Below are positions 6,813-16,647 of a DNA stretch of 19,149 nt, piece by piece. Location of the stretch: assembly GCA_013416795.1 (NCBI GenBank), contig RQSC01000028.1:1139450-1158598 (forward strand), read 5' to 3'. Position 1 is the first letter of the stretch, and every line of letters begins with the position of its first letter. Made by a program: the position numbers and the translations under genes. Below the pieces are notes generated by a model that saw only the letters and a list, made by a program, of their open reading frames with translations, searched no databases and was not told the DNA's origin. The stretch is from Prasinococcaceae sp. CCMP 1430. Taxonomy: Eukaryota; Plantae; Prasinodermophyta.

Positions 6813-9800
6813 ATGTTCGGCGGCGGAGGTACGCGCGCGCTGCGCGGCGCGATGCGATCGCGCCGGGCACGGCGGGGTGGGGCGGACTCGTGAGGGGAGG
6901 GGATGGGGACGGGCGAAGGGGGCGGCGCGCATAGGCGTTTGCATGCGCGTTGTGCATGAGTGTGCGCGGGCGTAGTTGGGCGAAGAGCGCTCGAACGCGC
7001 CCCCTTAGGCCCGCGCGCGTCCGCTGCGAAAATGCGCGGCAAGGGCGTGCACGAGCCGCGACGAGCGCGCCCACCCGCGCATCAATGCTGCAGCTGACAC
7101 GCGCCGCTTGCGATCGGCGCGCCCGCGCAGCATTCGGCGGCGGCGGCGGCGCATTTGGCGCCAAGCCCGCCACCCCTGCTTTCGGTGCGACACCTGCGCC
7201 CGCAACCGGCTTCGGCGCGCCGGCGACAGCTGGCGGCTTCGGCACGCCCGCGGCCGGCGGCTTCGGCGCGGCAGGAGGAGCGACCCCGGGCGGTGCGTTC
7301 GGTCAGGCGGCGCAGCCGGCCGGGGGCGCATTCGGGGCATCGGGGAGCCCGGGCGCGTTTGGCCAGCCCGCGACTGCGGGGGCCTTCGGCGCGACAGGTG
7401 AGCGGCGCGCCGCAGGGGCGACCGCCAGATGCGCCCAGCCTCGCCACAAGCCGGAGGGGAACCCTAACACTGACTGTGCCGCGCTGCGTGCATCCTGCGC
7501 CACCACCGCACGCCGCGGCTGCCCAGCGCCTGCAGGCGGTGCCTTTGGCTCGGTGGCCACGCCCGGTGCCTTTGGCTCGGCGCCGGCCGGCGGTGGCTTC
7601 GGTTCGGCGCCAGCCACCGGCGCTTTCGGTGCAGCGCCCGCAGGAGGTGCGTTTGGCCAGCCGTCACCCGGCGCGAGCGCATCGCCGTTCGGGACTACCG
7701 CGGCGCAGCCAGCTGGCGCGTTCGGCGCGGCTGCGGCCTCGCCCGGAGGCGCATTCGGTGCCGCTGCGCCTGCTGCGGGCGGCGCCTTCGGCGCACCGGG
7801 CGCCGCTGCATCGCCCTTTGGCAGCAGCCCGTCGGCCGGCGGCGCATTCGGAGCTGCGGGCGGAGCGTTTGGTGCCGCAGCTGGCACGGCAGGCACGCGC
7901 AACCCGCCGTATGTGGTGACTTCCGAGGCAGACTCGTCCGCGCAGGGGGGTAAGCTTAACTACCAGAGCATTTCAGCCATGCCAGCTTACAAGGGCAAGT
8001 GTGTGGAAGAGCTGCGCTTCGAGGACTATCAGCGCAACGACAAGGGCGGCGCGTCCGGGGTCGCCTCCCCCGGTGGCGCGTTCGGCGCGCAGCCAGCTGC
8101 GCCGGGAGCTTTCGGCACTACGCCCGGTGGTGCTTTTGGAGCGCCTGCCGCGGCGTCGCCAGGATTCGGCGCGCAGCCGGCGGCGACGGGCGCGTTTGGC
8201 GCGCCGGCGACCGGCGGCGCATTCGGTGCCCCGGCTGCCTCGACGCCCGGCTTCGGTGGCTTTGGCACCGCCGCATCTACGGCGGCCACCCCGGCGTTCG
8301 GGCAGGCGCAGCCTGCAGCTGGCGCATTCGGCGCAGCGACGCCTACAACAACCGCTGGTGCTGGCGCTGGTGGGCTCTTCGGCGCACAGACGCCTGCTGC
8401 GGGCTCAGCTTTCGGCGCCGCAACCGCAACCCCTGCAGCTAGTGGGGCGTTCGGCGCGACCACGCCCGCGTTCGGTGCGCAGCCGGCAGGGGCATCGCCC
8501 GCATTTGGGGCTGCGGCCACACCTGCGGCGACGACCCCGGCCTTTGGTGGCTTCGGCACCGCGTCGCAGCCGGCGGCCACGCCCGGTGGCACTGGCCTCT
8601 TTGGTGCGTCCGCCACAACCCCGGCGTTCGGTGCGGCAGCACCTACGTCGACACCGTTTGGCGCGGCAGCGACCCCCACGCCTGTCGGCGCCGCGCCGGC
8701 CTTTGGTGCGGCCACTACCGCTGCGTCGCCCGGGCTCGGGGGCTTGGGGGCAACGTCGTCTCCCTTCCCCGCGACATCGGCAGCACCAGCCACAGGAGGT
8801 CTCTTCGGTGCCGCGGCACCGGCAGCGGGTGGAGGCCTCTTCGGTAGTACCGCCACACCTGCGGCGCCTTCCGCGTTCGGAGCTACGACGCCTACGCCAG
8901 CGCTGGGTGGTGGTCTCTTCGGCGCGCAGAAGCCAGCCACGCCCGCGTCCGGCGGCCTCTTCGGAGCACCCGCTGCGACTGCGGCGGCTACGACGCCCAT
9001 CACTGGAGCAGGGACCACCAGCCTCTTCGGGGGGCCCGTCGGCCCCGCGATCGGGGGGCCCGTGGGCCCGCCTGCACTGCCACCTGCAAACACCCTCCAG
9101 CCGATCGCTACGACGCCAGGGCTGACCCCCACGACAGGCGCGCTCTCGCTGGCACAGCCCGGTTCGCCGTACCCCGCAACGCCTGCTGTGCCTACGCTCG
9201 GAGCCGCAGGTGCGCCTGCCGGCAAGGTGCCAACCCCGGGGACGGTTTCCTCGCTCGTGCCGGGCGGATACATGGGCCAGTCGCCCGCCGTCGTGTTTGC
9301 GCCTCGCCGCGTCACCCCGCTCAGCCAGATGAAGGTGCGCGTGCGCAAGAACCAGCAGTCACCGGCCGCCGCCGCGGCGCAGGCCGCTGCAGCCACGCTC
9401 TCTGAGGCGGACGGCGGGATGTTTTCCGCGCAGCCACTCGGCCCTGCGTATGCGAAGCCCGCGGCGCGCGACAATCCCCGGGCACTCTTCATTCGAAAGA
9501 CGGACAAGAAGCAGCAGCTCGAGGCCGTCGCCTCGCCGATGCCCGCTGGCACGCTCGCGCTCCCTGGCCCGGGCGAGGCCGAGCAGGCCAACGGTGGCAC
9601 TCCGACAACGATCAGCATTGTGCGCGCTGGCAGGCGCGTCGGTGATGAGCCGGCCGCGCGCGACGAGACGCCGCAACCCGCACACGCGAGGAACGGCGAA
9701 AATGGGGCGGCGGATGACGCTCCTCCAAGCGTGCCTAAGCTCGGATGCGACGGCAAGCACGACGACTACGAGATGTGGCCATCTGCAGAAGAATTGGCGA

Positions 9801-12800
9801 CGGCAGCCCGCGAATCGGCCGACGCACTCAAGCACGTTGAGGGCTTCACAGTCTCGCGCAGCAAGTTTGGTTCGGTGAAGTGGATCGGCGAAACCAACGT
9901 GAACGGGTTGGACCTCGACAAGATCATCCGCTTTTACCCAGCTGGCGTCGAGGTGTACAAGGACGCTGACGGCAAGGCGCTTGCAGACAAGCCCGCGCGC
10001 GGCTCGGGCCTCAACCGCCCTGCCATTGTCACCCTTTGCAACGTGCACCCTAAGAGCGGGCCTGTCCTGTCGGCGCGGAAGCTCGAGAAGTGGGTGGAGA
10101 GGCTCAAAGAGCAGTGCACGAAGATGGGTGCGACCTTTCGTGGCTATGACGCGGAGATTGATGGCGGGACGTGGAGCTTCCGTGTGGAGCACTTCAGCAC
10201 GTATGGACTGGATGAGGACTTCTTTGCAATGGACGACGAGGACGACGAGACCGGCGAGCCGGGGATGGCGGAGGATGACGAGATCGATGCTGTGCTCGTC
10301 AAGCGTCCCGGTGAGGAAGGGGAGGTCACCCTGGGCATGCCCAGCATGGATGTGGACAGCGAGGATGATCCGGTGGAAGAGGACCCACCCGTCCCGACTG
10401 CGCCATTGCCGCCGCCATCGGCTGGTGCGCTGCCCGCTGAGATTGGCCGGGCGCACGGCTTTGACCCTGAGCGTGCGTCGGAACTGCACGACGCCCTGTT
10501 TCTCACGGACGGTGCGGTGGCGCAGGATGTCTACGGGCAATCGCCGCCGTCCGTACCACCCCCAGCAAAAAAGTCTCGACCTGAGCCGGCTGTGCCAATC
10601 ACGGCCTCGGCGGCGGCTACCGCCGCCGCGGCCCCCGCGCGCCGCGCCGCCGCTCCCTTTTCGGCGCCTAACAGCTCCGATTTGTTCGTCGCGGGAGGCG
10701 CTGTTGATGCCGCACTGTTGCTGGGAAAGTCAACTCGCGTAGGTTGGGGACCGGGCCTGGCTTTCGTGCACGCGTGCCCGCGCTCGGCGAGCGACGTGGC
10801 TGCTCTTGCAAACGAGGCGCGCCTGAAAGGCGAGGAGCCCCCTGTGAGCGCTCCCCGCGAGCGTGTCAACGCTCAGATCCGCACTGAGCGCGTGGTGGTT
10901 GACTCGGCCATTGCAAGGGGCGCACCGGGCGCGCGCGCGAGCCTGCTGGCGTCGGACGCTGTGGCGACACAGACACGCTCTCGGGTGCTGAGGGCGCGCT
11001 ACGAGGAGCTGCTGAAGGTTGCATGGGAGAATTGCTCGATTGACGAGGCGGAGGGCGAAGCGTCGAGTGGTACCCAGACTGGGCCGCGCTGGAAGCAGTG
11101 CCCACCCGCAGCTGGTCTGAGCCAGCTTTGCGATGAGTATGAGGCTGCCGTGGAGCGGGAGAGTGAGGTGTGCACAGGCGCAGGCGGCCCTCGCCAGGAG
11201 GTGATGCAGGAGCGCTCGGACGAGTGGAAGGCGCACGCGCAGACGTGGCACCTGATTCGCACGCTCTTTGCCAGGCTTCCCGGTGGGCTCGGCGCCGACG
11301 GCGGTGACGATATGGACGGTGGCGAGGATGCATCAAGGCCGCCAATGGCGTCCGCATCTTCGTGGGGTCCATACGAAGCGGCACGCCGCCGCGCGCTGCT
11401 CAGCGAGTGGTTTGCGTGCCACACTCGCGAGAATGCCGACATTGATGCTGACAGCGAGGGCACCGCCGCTGCCATGGCCGGCATTGAAGCGCTGGTCGCG
11501 GCCGCCAAGGTGTGCGAGACCTCGGCGGCGCCGGTGCTCGTGGCCGCGCTCGTTCGTGCCAATGCAAAGTTCGCGACGACGAGCGCGCTCCTCGACGCTT
11601 CGAAAAATGATGCGGATGCCCTGAGGGCGGCAGCCGTGGCGGCCGCGTACGAGCTCGCAGGCGACGACGCGGACCCTGACGGTGCCGCGGACGCGCTGCT
11701 CCAGGCGTGCCGCTCGGACTCGGCTGTGAATGCTGCTGAGGCGGCTCCGCGGCTCCGTGCCGTCCTCCACATGCTGAGTGGGAACCAGGTGTCACGCGCC
11801 ACCGAGGCGTCTGCCCAGCTTGGCGATGTCCGGCTCGCCTCGCTCATCGCGAGCGTGGGCTGCGGGCGTGCTTCCCGCGAATGGCTGCAGGTGCAGGTCG
11901 AGCGGTGGGAGGAGGCTGGTTTCTTCAACGCTCCGGGTCGCTTCCACCCCGAGCGCGTGCGCCTTTATCGGCTGCTCGCAGGCGATATTAGAGGCGCGGC
12001 TGCCGGCGCGATCAAAGATGACTGGAAGCGCGCAGTCGGCCTCCGTCTGTGGTTCGGCGCCGGCGCGGGCGCCACGGGGTCAGAGACATGCATGGCGGAC
12101 GCGCTTGCCGAGTACGCCGAGGCGGAGCGCGACAAGTGCGCCTCGGCGCCGCCGCCGCTGCCTGCGTACGCGGAGCGGCGCGCTGCGGCCGGCATGCCAG
12201 CCGCGTGCATGCACGAAGATCTGGCGTACCACCTGCTGCAGCTTGGCTGCGCTGGCACAAGCTACGAGGCTGGCACGGCCGGCGACCCGCAGAGTGGCAA
12301 CGCGCTCGGACGCATGCTCTGCCCTGAGGGCCACGTGGCCAACGCCTTGGACCACCGCTTGAGCTGGGCGGCCCTTTGCACGCTGACAGCGTGCGGTGCG
12401 CTGCCCGCGGCCGTTGGCCAGAGCAGCGCGGCTGCCGCTGTGCACGCGGCCTTTGCGTCGCAGCTTGAGGTCCTGGGCCTGCCGCACTGGGCGGCCTTTG
12501 TGGCGCTGCACACGCCGCCGTCACTCGGCCACGGGCGCGGCGAGAGCGCGTGCCCACCCGCGGCGAGAGAAGCCTGCGTGCGTGAGATGCTCGGACGCAC
12601 GGCGCCGCTGTGGGTAGCAGACCCCGCTCTGGAGCAGGCATTGCACACGGTGGCGCACGTGCCGCTTGAGTGGGTACAGGCCGCGCGCGCACAGCTCGAG
12701 GCCTATCGGGGTAGCGCACCCCGCCTCGCGGTGGCCAGCGCTGCACAGATCGAGGCTCGCGCGCAAGGCGAAGCGCACGCGACGCTGCTGCGTCGTGTGG

Positions 12801-13300
12801 CTGCGCCGCTGCTGCTCGCCGGTGCCGACGGCGTCAAGCGCCTGGAGGAGCTACTCGAGCTGCTCGGCCAGTCAGAGGCGATGATCGCACGCTGGGGCGA
12901 CGGCGGCGGCGCTCTGGTGGCCGCTCTCGAGGCCGCCCGCGCGCTTGCCGCCGTCTCACAGAACGGCGGGGACGAGCTCGACCGGCTCACGGAAGCGGCG
13001 ATGGCAGCCTGTGAGCGTCTCACCGTTGCGGCGAAGCTGTGGCGCGATGCCCCGCCGCGCGACGCGCCTGTGCCGGCAGCACTCGCCACCGCCACAGGCG
13101 AGCTCCCGGGCGAGCTGCCCGCCGCGACGCTCGCGGCTGCGCTCGCCGCGCTTGCCGAAGAGTTGGTCAGCGCCCTCTACACGCGCGAGGGCAACACGGC
13201 GCGGGCGCACGCCGCCGCGCTCGCCGCTCCCCTGGCGCCCGAGCGCCGCGAGGTGCACGTCATGCACGCCGCGAGCGCCTTCCTCGAGATGCGCGCATGA
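6813..13300 (+). CDS. NUP98: Nuclear pore complex protein Nup98-Nup96 precursor
   Basis: Exons 6813-6828 (MFGGG, G|GTACGC), 7131-7397 and 7527-13300. It has AFG/GLFG repeats and a GLEBS motif (YQSISAMPAYKGKCVEELRFEDY). The autoproteolytic domain runs FTVSRSKFGSVKW..LDLDKII..GSGLNRPAIVTL..WSFRVEHF|STYGL, with HFS at 10190-10198. Nup96 follows (RVGWGP, GDVRLASLI, DWKRAVGLRLWF, FASQLEVLGLPHWAAFVALH). Confidence 0.96.
6829..7130 (+). other. Intron 1 (302 nt) of NUP98-96
   Basis: GTACGC donor, CTGAC at 7094-7098, CGCAG acceptor. Phase 1 joins MFGGG to AFGGGGGAFG. Confidence 0.8.
7398..7526 (+). other. Intron 2 (129 nt, in-frame, stop-free) of NUP98-96
   Basis: CAG|GTGAGC donor, CTAAC/CTGAC at about 7464-7474, CCCAG acceptor (alternative TGCAG ending 7535). 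The translated segment is non-FG and interrupts the repeats. Confidence 0.8.
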
Positions 13301-13367
13301 CAGCGGCGCGTGCGCCCTCAACACATTCTTAGTGCGCCTTCGACCGCGCTGCGACCGCTTGCGCTCC

Positions 13368-13372
13368 TGTAA
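13368..13372 (+). promoter_or_regulatory. TGTAA green-algal polyadenylation signal (NUP98-96)
   Basis: TGTAA about 67 nt after the stop codon, in a less GC-rich convergent gap. Confidence 0.5.
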
Positions 13373-13439
13373 CGAGATGCGTACACACGCAATTTATCTG
13401 CACCTCAACTAGCTAGAGACTACACCCACAAAGAAAGCG

Positions 13440-15138
13440 CTACGCCCTGCTGCCGCTGGTGCCGCTGGCATTGCCGGTGCCGCGCGGCGGCCCGCTCTGC
13501 TCCTCCATTTGGTGTTCAGCTATTGTGTACGCAGCCTGCTCATGGGCACGGACGTCCGCTCGCTGTTGCGCAGACACGGGGTCGGTCTCCTCCCTCTGTT
13601 GGCGCTGGCGTCGAAGTCTTGCTGCTTCCCGCACCATGTCATCAGTCATTTCGGACACCGGCGCGTAGACAGCTCTGCCGTCGAGAGCGGCCCAGCGTTT
13701 GCTTGGGGGAAGCACAACATCGTCGGTGATTGCTCGGCAGAGTCCCCAATGCCCCCTGGCAATTTCTCCGAGCAGCTGGGTGCGCGACCACTGCGCATCG
13801 CCCCAAAAGCAGAACACGCGACCATACGGGCCTTCCCCTGGGACGAGATTGTCGGGCTTGACCTTGTACCCCTCGCCGCTGCGCAGTCTCACGTCCCACC
13901 TCCCACTCGCCGTGTCAAACAGGAGAGCGATACCCTGCTCACCATTGAGCTCGGGCTTCGCCTTGAGCCCTTGCAGGGTCACGCTCTGTCCACCTGAGAC
14001 CACTGCCGCGTTTGAAAGCTTGACACCCATCGCTGCGGCTGCCGCACGCCGCGTGTTCATAGCGCGTGAGTGTGCCAGCGTCAGGGCCTGCTCGAGTGAC
14101 TGGACAACTGCCCAGCCGATGGGGGCGCCTCCCGGCACCACGCAGCACGCCAGCTCTTTGTCGTTGCACGGCCCGCCAAGGTAGTGAACCACATCGACCT
14201 CGGCAGCCCCAGGGTACTTGCTTGCGACATCGTCCACGATCAGGGTGACAAAGTCTGGCTTCGGTGGCATTTTGATCGGTCGAGTCAGATTGACTGCCGC
14301 GATGTGGTCTGACCCGCCTTCGTTGTCCTCATCCGTGCCCAGGACCACTGTTGCGGGCAGATCGTCGAGCGCGTCGAGCGCTGCGATGATAGCTGCAGGG
14401 GCAGCATCCTCCTGGACATGGCCCTCGAGCGCCTTCTCTCCGCGCACGCGTAGCGTGCGGCCTCGCAGCTTGATGGTGCCGTCTTTTTCAAGGGCGCGCT
14501 TCAAGGCCTCGACGTCGCCGCGGTCGCGCACTTCTAGGTGGACATCGTGCTCGTCGGCCTCAACCGCCGTAATGAGGTATGCGCCTCGCACCCAATGGTC
14601 GTACCCGCACGCACTCCGTTGAAGAACGCTCATGTGGCGAAGGGCCTGCACCAGCTCGTACGAAAAGCTGTCGGCCGCGGAGATGATGCAACTGGGCTCT
14701 AACAGCGCGGCGATCTCAGCGCCGGTGAAGGACTGCATCAGCTCGAAACGCGTGGGCGGCGGGCACGTGTAGGGCGCGCGACACACATTGCAAACGTGGT
14801 GCCGCTCGTCGTCCTCGCGGTAGAACGCTGGATGCGTCGGCTGGTCCACCTGTCGGCCGCAAAAAGCACAGCATCGGGTGTGGTCAGCACACCACAGCCA
14901 ACGCTCGCGAGGCCGCACGCAGGCGGGCATGCGCAGAGCGCACGTACGCGTGCGCGCGGCAATGCGCGTACGGCGGCCAACTCACCAGAACCATGCGCTG
15001 CCAGCGCCTCAAGCACTCAAGATGCACCCACTTTTGTCCCCCGCTGCACTTGCACGGCGAGATAAGCGGCCCATCCTCGGGCCCGCCGAAGCAGTACCGG
15101 CAGAGCCGCTCATCGTCGCACTCGTCGCACGCCGCCAT
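13440..15138 (-). CDS. RING-CH (RINGv) zinc finger protein fused to a DUF179/YqgE(AlgH)-like domain with an inserted SH3-like module
   Basis: Exons 15138-14986 and 14849-13440; intron 14985-14850 (CTG|GTGAGT..CTGAC..GACAG|GTG). C4HC3 finger: CRYC..PCKC..VHLEC..W..CNVC. Downstream AAVNLTRP, YLGGPC and FCFWGDAQWSRTQLLGEIARGHW resemble DUF179 motifs. Additional 5' exons cannot be excluded. Confidence 0.8.
14850..14985 (-). other. Intron (136 nt) splitting the RING-CH finger
   Basis: Canonical GTGAGT donor, CTGAC branch, CAG acceptor, phase 0. Required to complete the finger. Confidence 0.85.
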
Positions 15139-15231
15139 GCAGCGCACCGAGGCGGTCGAGCCCGGCGTGCTGAGGCCCCGCGGCCGGGCCCGCACGCAGC
15201 TCCACACACGCACCCCGGCGGCGGGGGTGGA

Positions 15232-15381
15232 GTGTGTGTGTGTGGGGGGGGGGAAGGGAACGTGCTGCAGGAAAGCAGCTCCGACCCACCAACACCAACC
15301 CACCACCACCCACCACCACCCACCGATGATGGCGAGCGTCAGCCCGGACGACGACAACAACAACAACAACAACAACAACAA
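15232..15381 (+). repeat. Microsatellite cluster: (GT)n, G-run, imperfect (CCA)n and (CAA)9
   Basis: (CAA)9 at 15355-15381, ccaccaacaccaacccaccaccacccaccaccaccc, and gtgtgtgtgtgt followed by a G-run. Confidence 0.85.
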
Positions 15382-15782
15382 CACCGACCCCTCATCATCA
15401 AGCCGCCGCTCGCGCCTGCGGCGCCTGGCGGCGAGGCTGGTCGTGTTCGGCTTCGACGGCGCGGGCGACGGCCGCGGCGAGCTGCCGGCGCACGCGCGCC
15501 GCTGCCGCGCGCAGGCGCCGCGCGAGCGCTGCGCCGCCGCCGCGCGCGTGGCGCGTGCTGTGTGGTCGGCGCGGTATTGTACTGCAGGGGCGCGCAAAAA
15601 AATGCGAGCACAGCATACGAAAGTGGCGCCACTGCGCGTACGGGCGCCGCTGCGCGCGCGCGCACCGCCGGGCCCCGCTGCCGTCTCCCTGTGACACTCG
15701 GCGCGCTCCTCTCTCTGTGTCTTCCCTCTTCTCTCCCATTCTCGCCGCTGGGTGCGCGCGCTGCGCGCGCCCGTTGCGCGGG

Positions 15783-16505
15783 ATGGCCGGTGGCGGGCTG
15801 ATCATCACTCGCCACAAGAGCTGGAACCCCGGCAGCCGTGCGGCGCGAGCGCGCGTCGCCAACGACGAGGCGGCCGAGGCCGAGCGACGGAGGGACGAGG
15901 GCGAGCGGCGCCTGGAAGCGGACGCGGCGGCGCGCCTCGAGAAGCTGCGACGGCGCGCTGGAAAGAGGGGCACAGCAAAGCAGTTTGACGAGAGTGGCAA
16001 CGAGCCCGGACATGCGCGCATCGGGGGACGCAGGGGCGAGCGCGGCGGAGATGGGCACAAGCGCGGACGCGATGAGTCTGCGCCTGAGGTCGAGCAAGGA
16101 GACCCCCATGGTGACAGGCGCTCGGCGAAACGCGCACTCGGTCGTGAGCCGACGCGCGATGAGCTTCGACACGCTGAGAGCTTCCGCCGTGACAGCGCGC
16201 TCGGCGGCAGAGCACGCGAGCGACAGCGGCCGTGGTACGCGCTCCCGCGTGAGCCTGACAGCGTGCGCGCCGCTGGAGTCGGCACTGGCTCCGGCGGGGC
16301 GGCACCCACCGGACACTACGAGCGCGAACAGGCACGAGAGCTGCGCCGCGAGGGTGTGTGGAGCCCCGAGCCGCCCGCCCCAACCCGCGCGCCCCCCGCC
16401 GGCGGCCCGCTCACAGGCATCGCCCGGCTGCGGGCGGAGCGCCTTGCGCGGGAAGAGGCCGAGCGAGGAAAGGCACAGCGCGTGCTCGCTCGTGGCGGCC
16501 GCTAG
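15783..16505 (+). CDS. LENG1: LENG1-like protein (CIR_N domain, spliceosome-associated)
   Basis: N-terminus MAGGGLIITRHKSWNPGSRAARARVANDEA...ARLEKLRRRA matches the CIR_N pattern. C-terminal IARLRAERLAREEAERGKAQRVL matches the LENG1 LRAERL.RE..ER motif. ATG at 15783, TAG at 16503-16505. Confidence 0.75.
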   Translation: MAGGGLIITRHKSWNPGSRAARARVANDEAAEAERRRDEGERRLEADAAARLEKLRRRAGKRGTAKQFDESGNEPGHARIGGRRGERGGDGHKRGRDESAPEVEQGDPHGDRRSAKRALGREPTRDELRHAESFRRDSALGGRARERQRPWYALPREPDSVRAAGVGTGSGGAAPTGHYEREQARELRREGVWSPEPPAPTRAPPAGGPLTGIARLRAERLAREEAERGKAQRVLARGGR

Positions 16506-16647
16506 CAGCGGAGGGCACCGCTGCCCGTACGCCGTCATTGTATGTACACTTACTGTACTTTTATATCGTGCGGCCACGGTCTTGGCCGCGACAGACCCGC
16601 CGCGAGAGGGATAGGAGCGGCAGCCTCGAGCGCTACCCGGGCCGCAT

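Noticed and set aside
6950-7130. ORF-track N-terminus of Nup98 (MCMSVRG...)
   Set aside because: Lies within intron 1; the real start is the MFGGG exon at 6813.
8029-9756. 575-aa antisense ORF and other nested ORFs within NUP98-96
   Set aside because: Stop-poor shadows of GC-rich coding sequence with no recognisable motifs.
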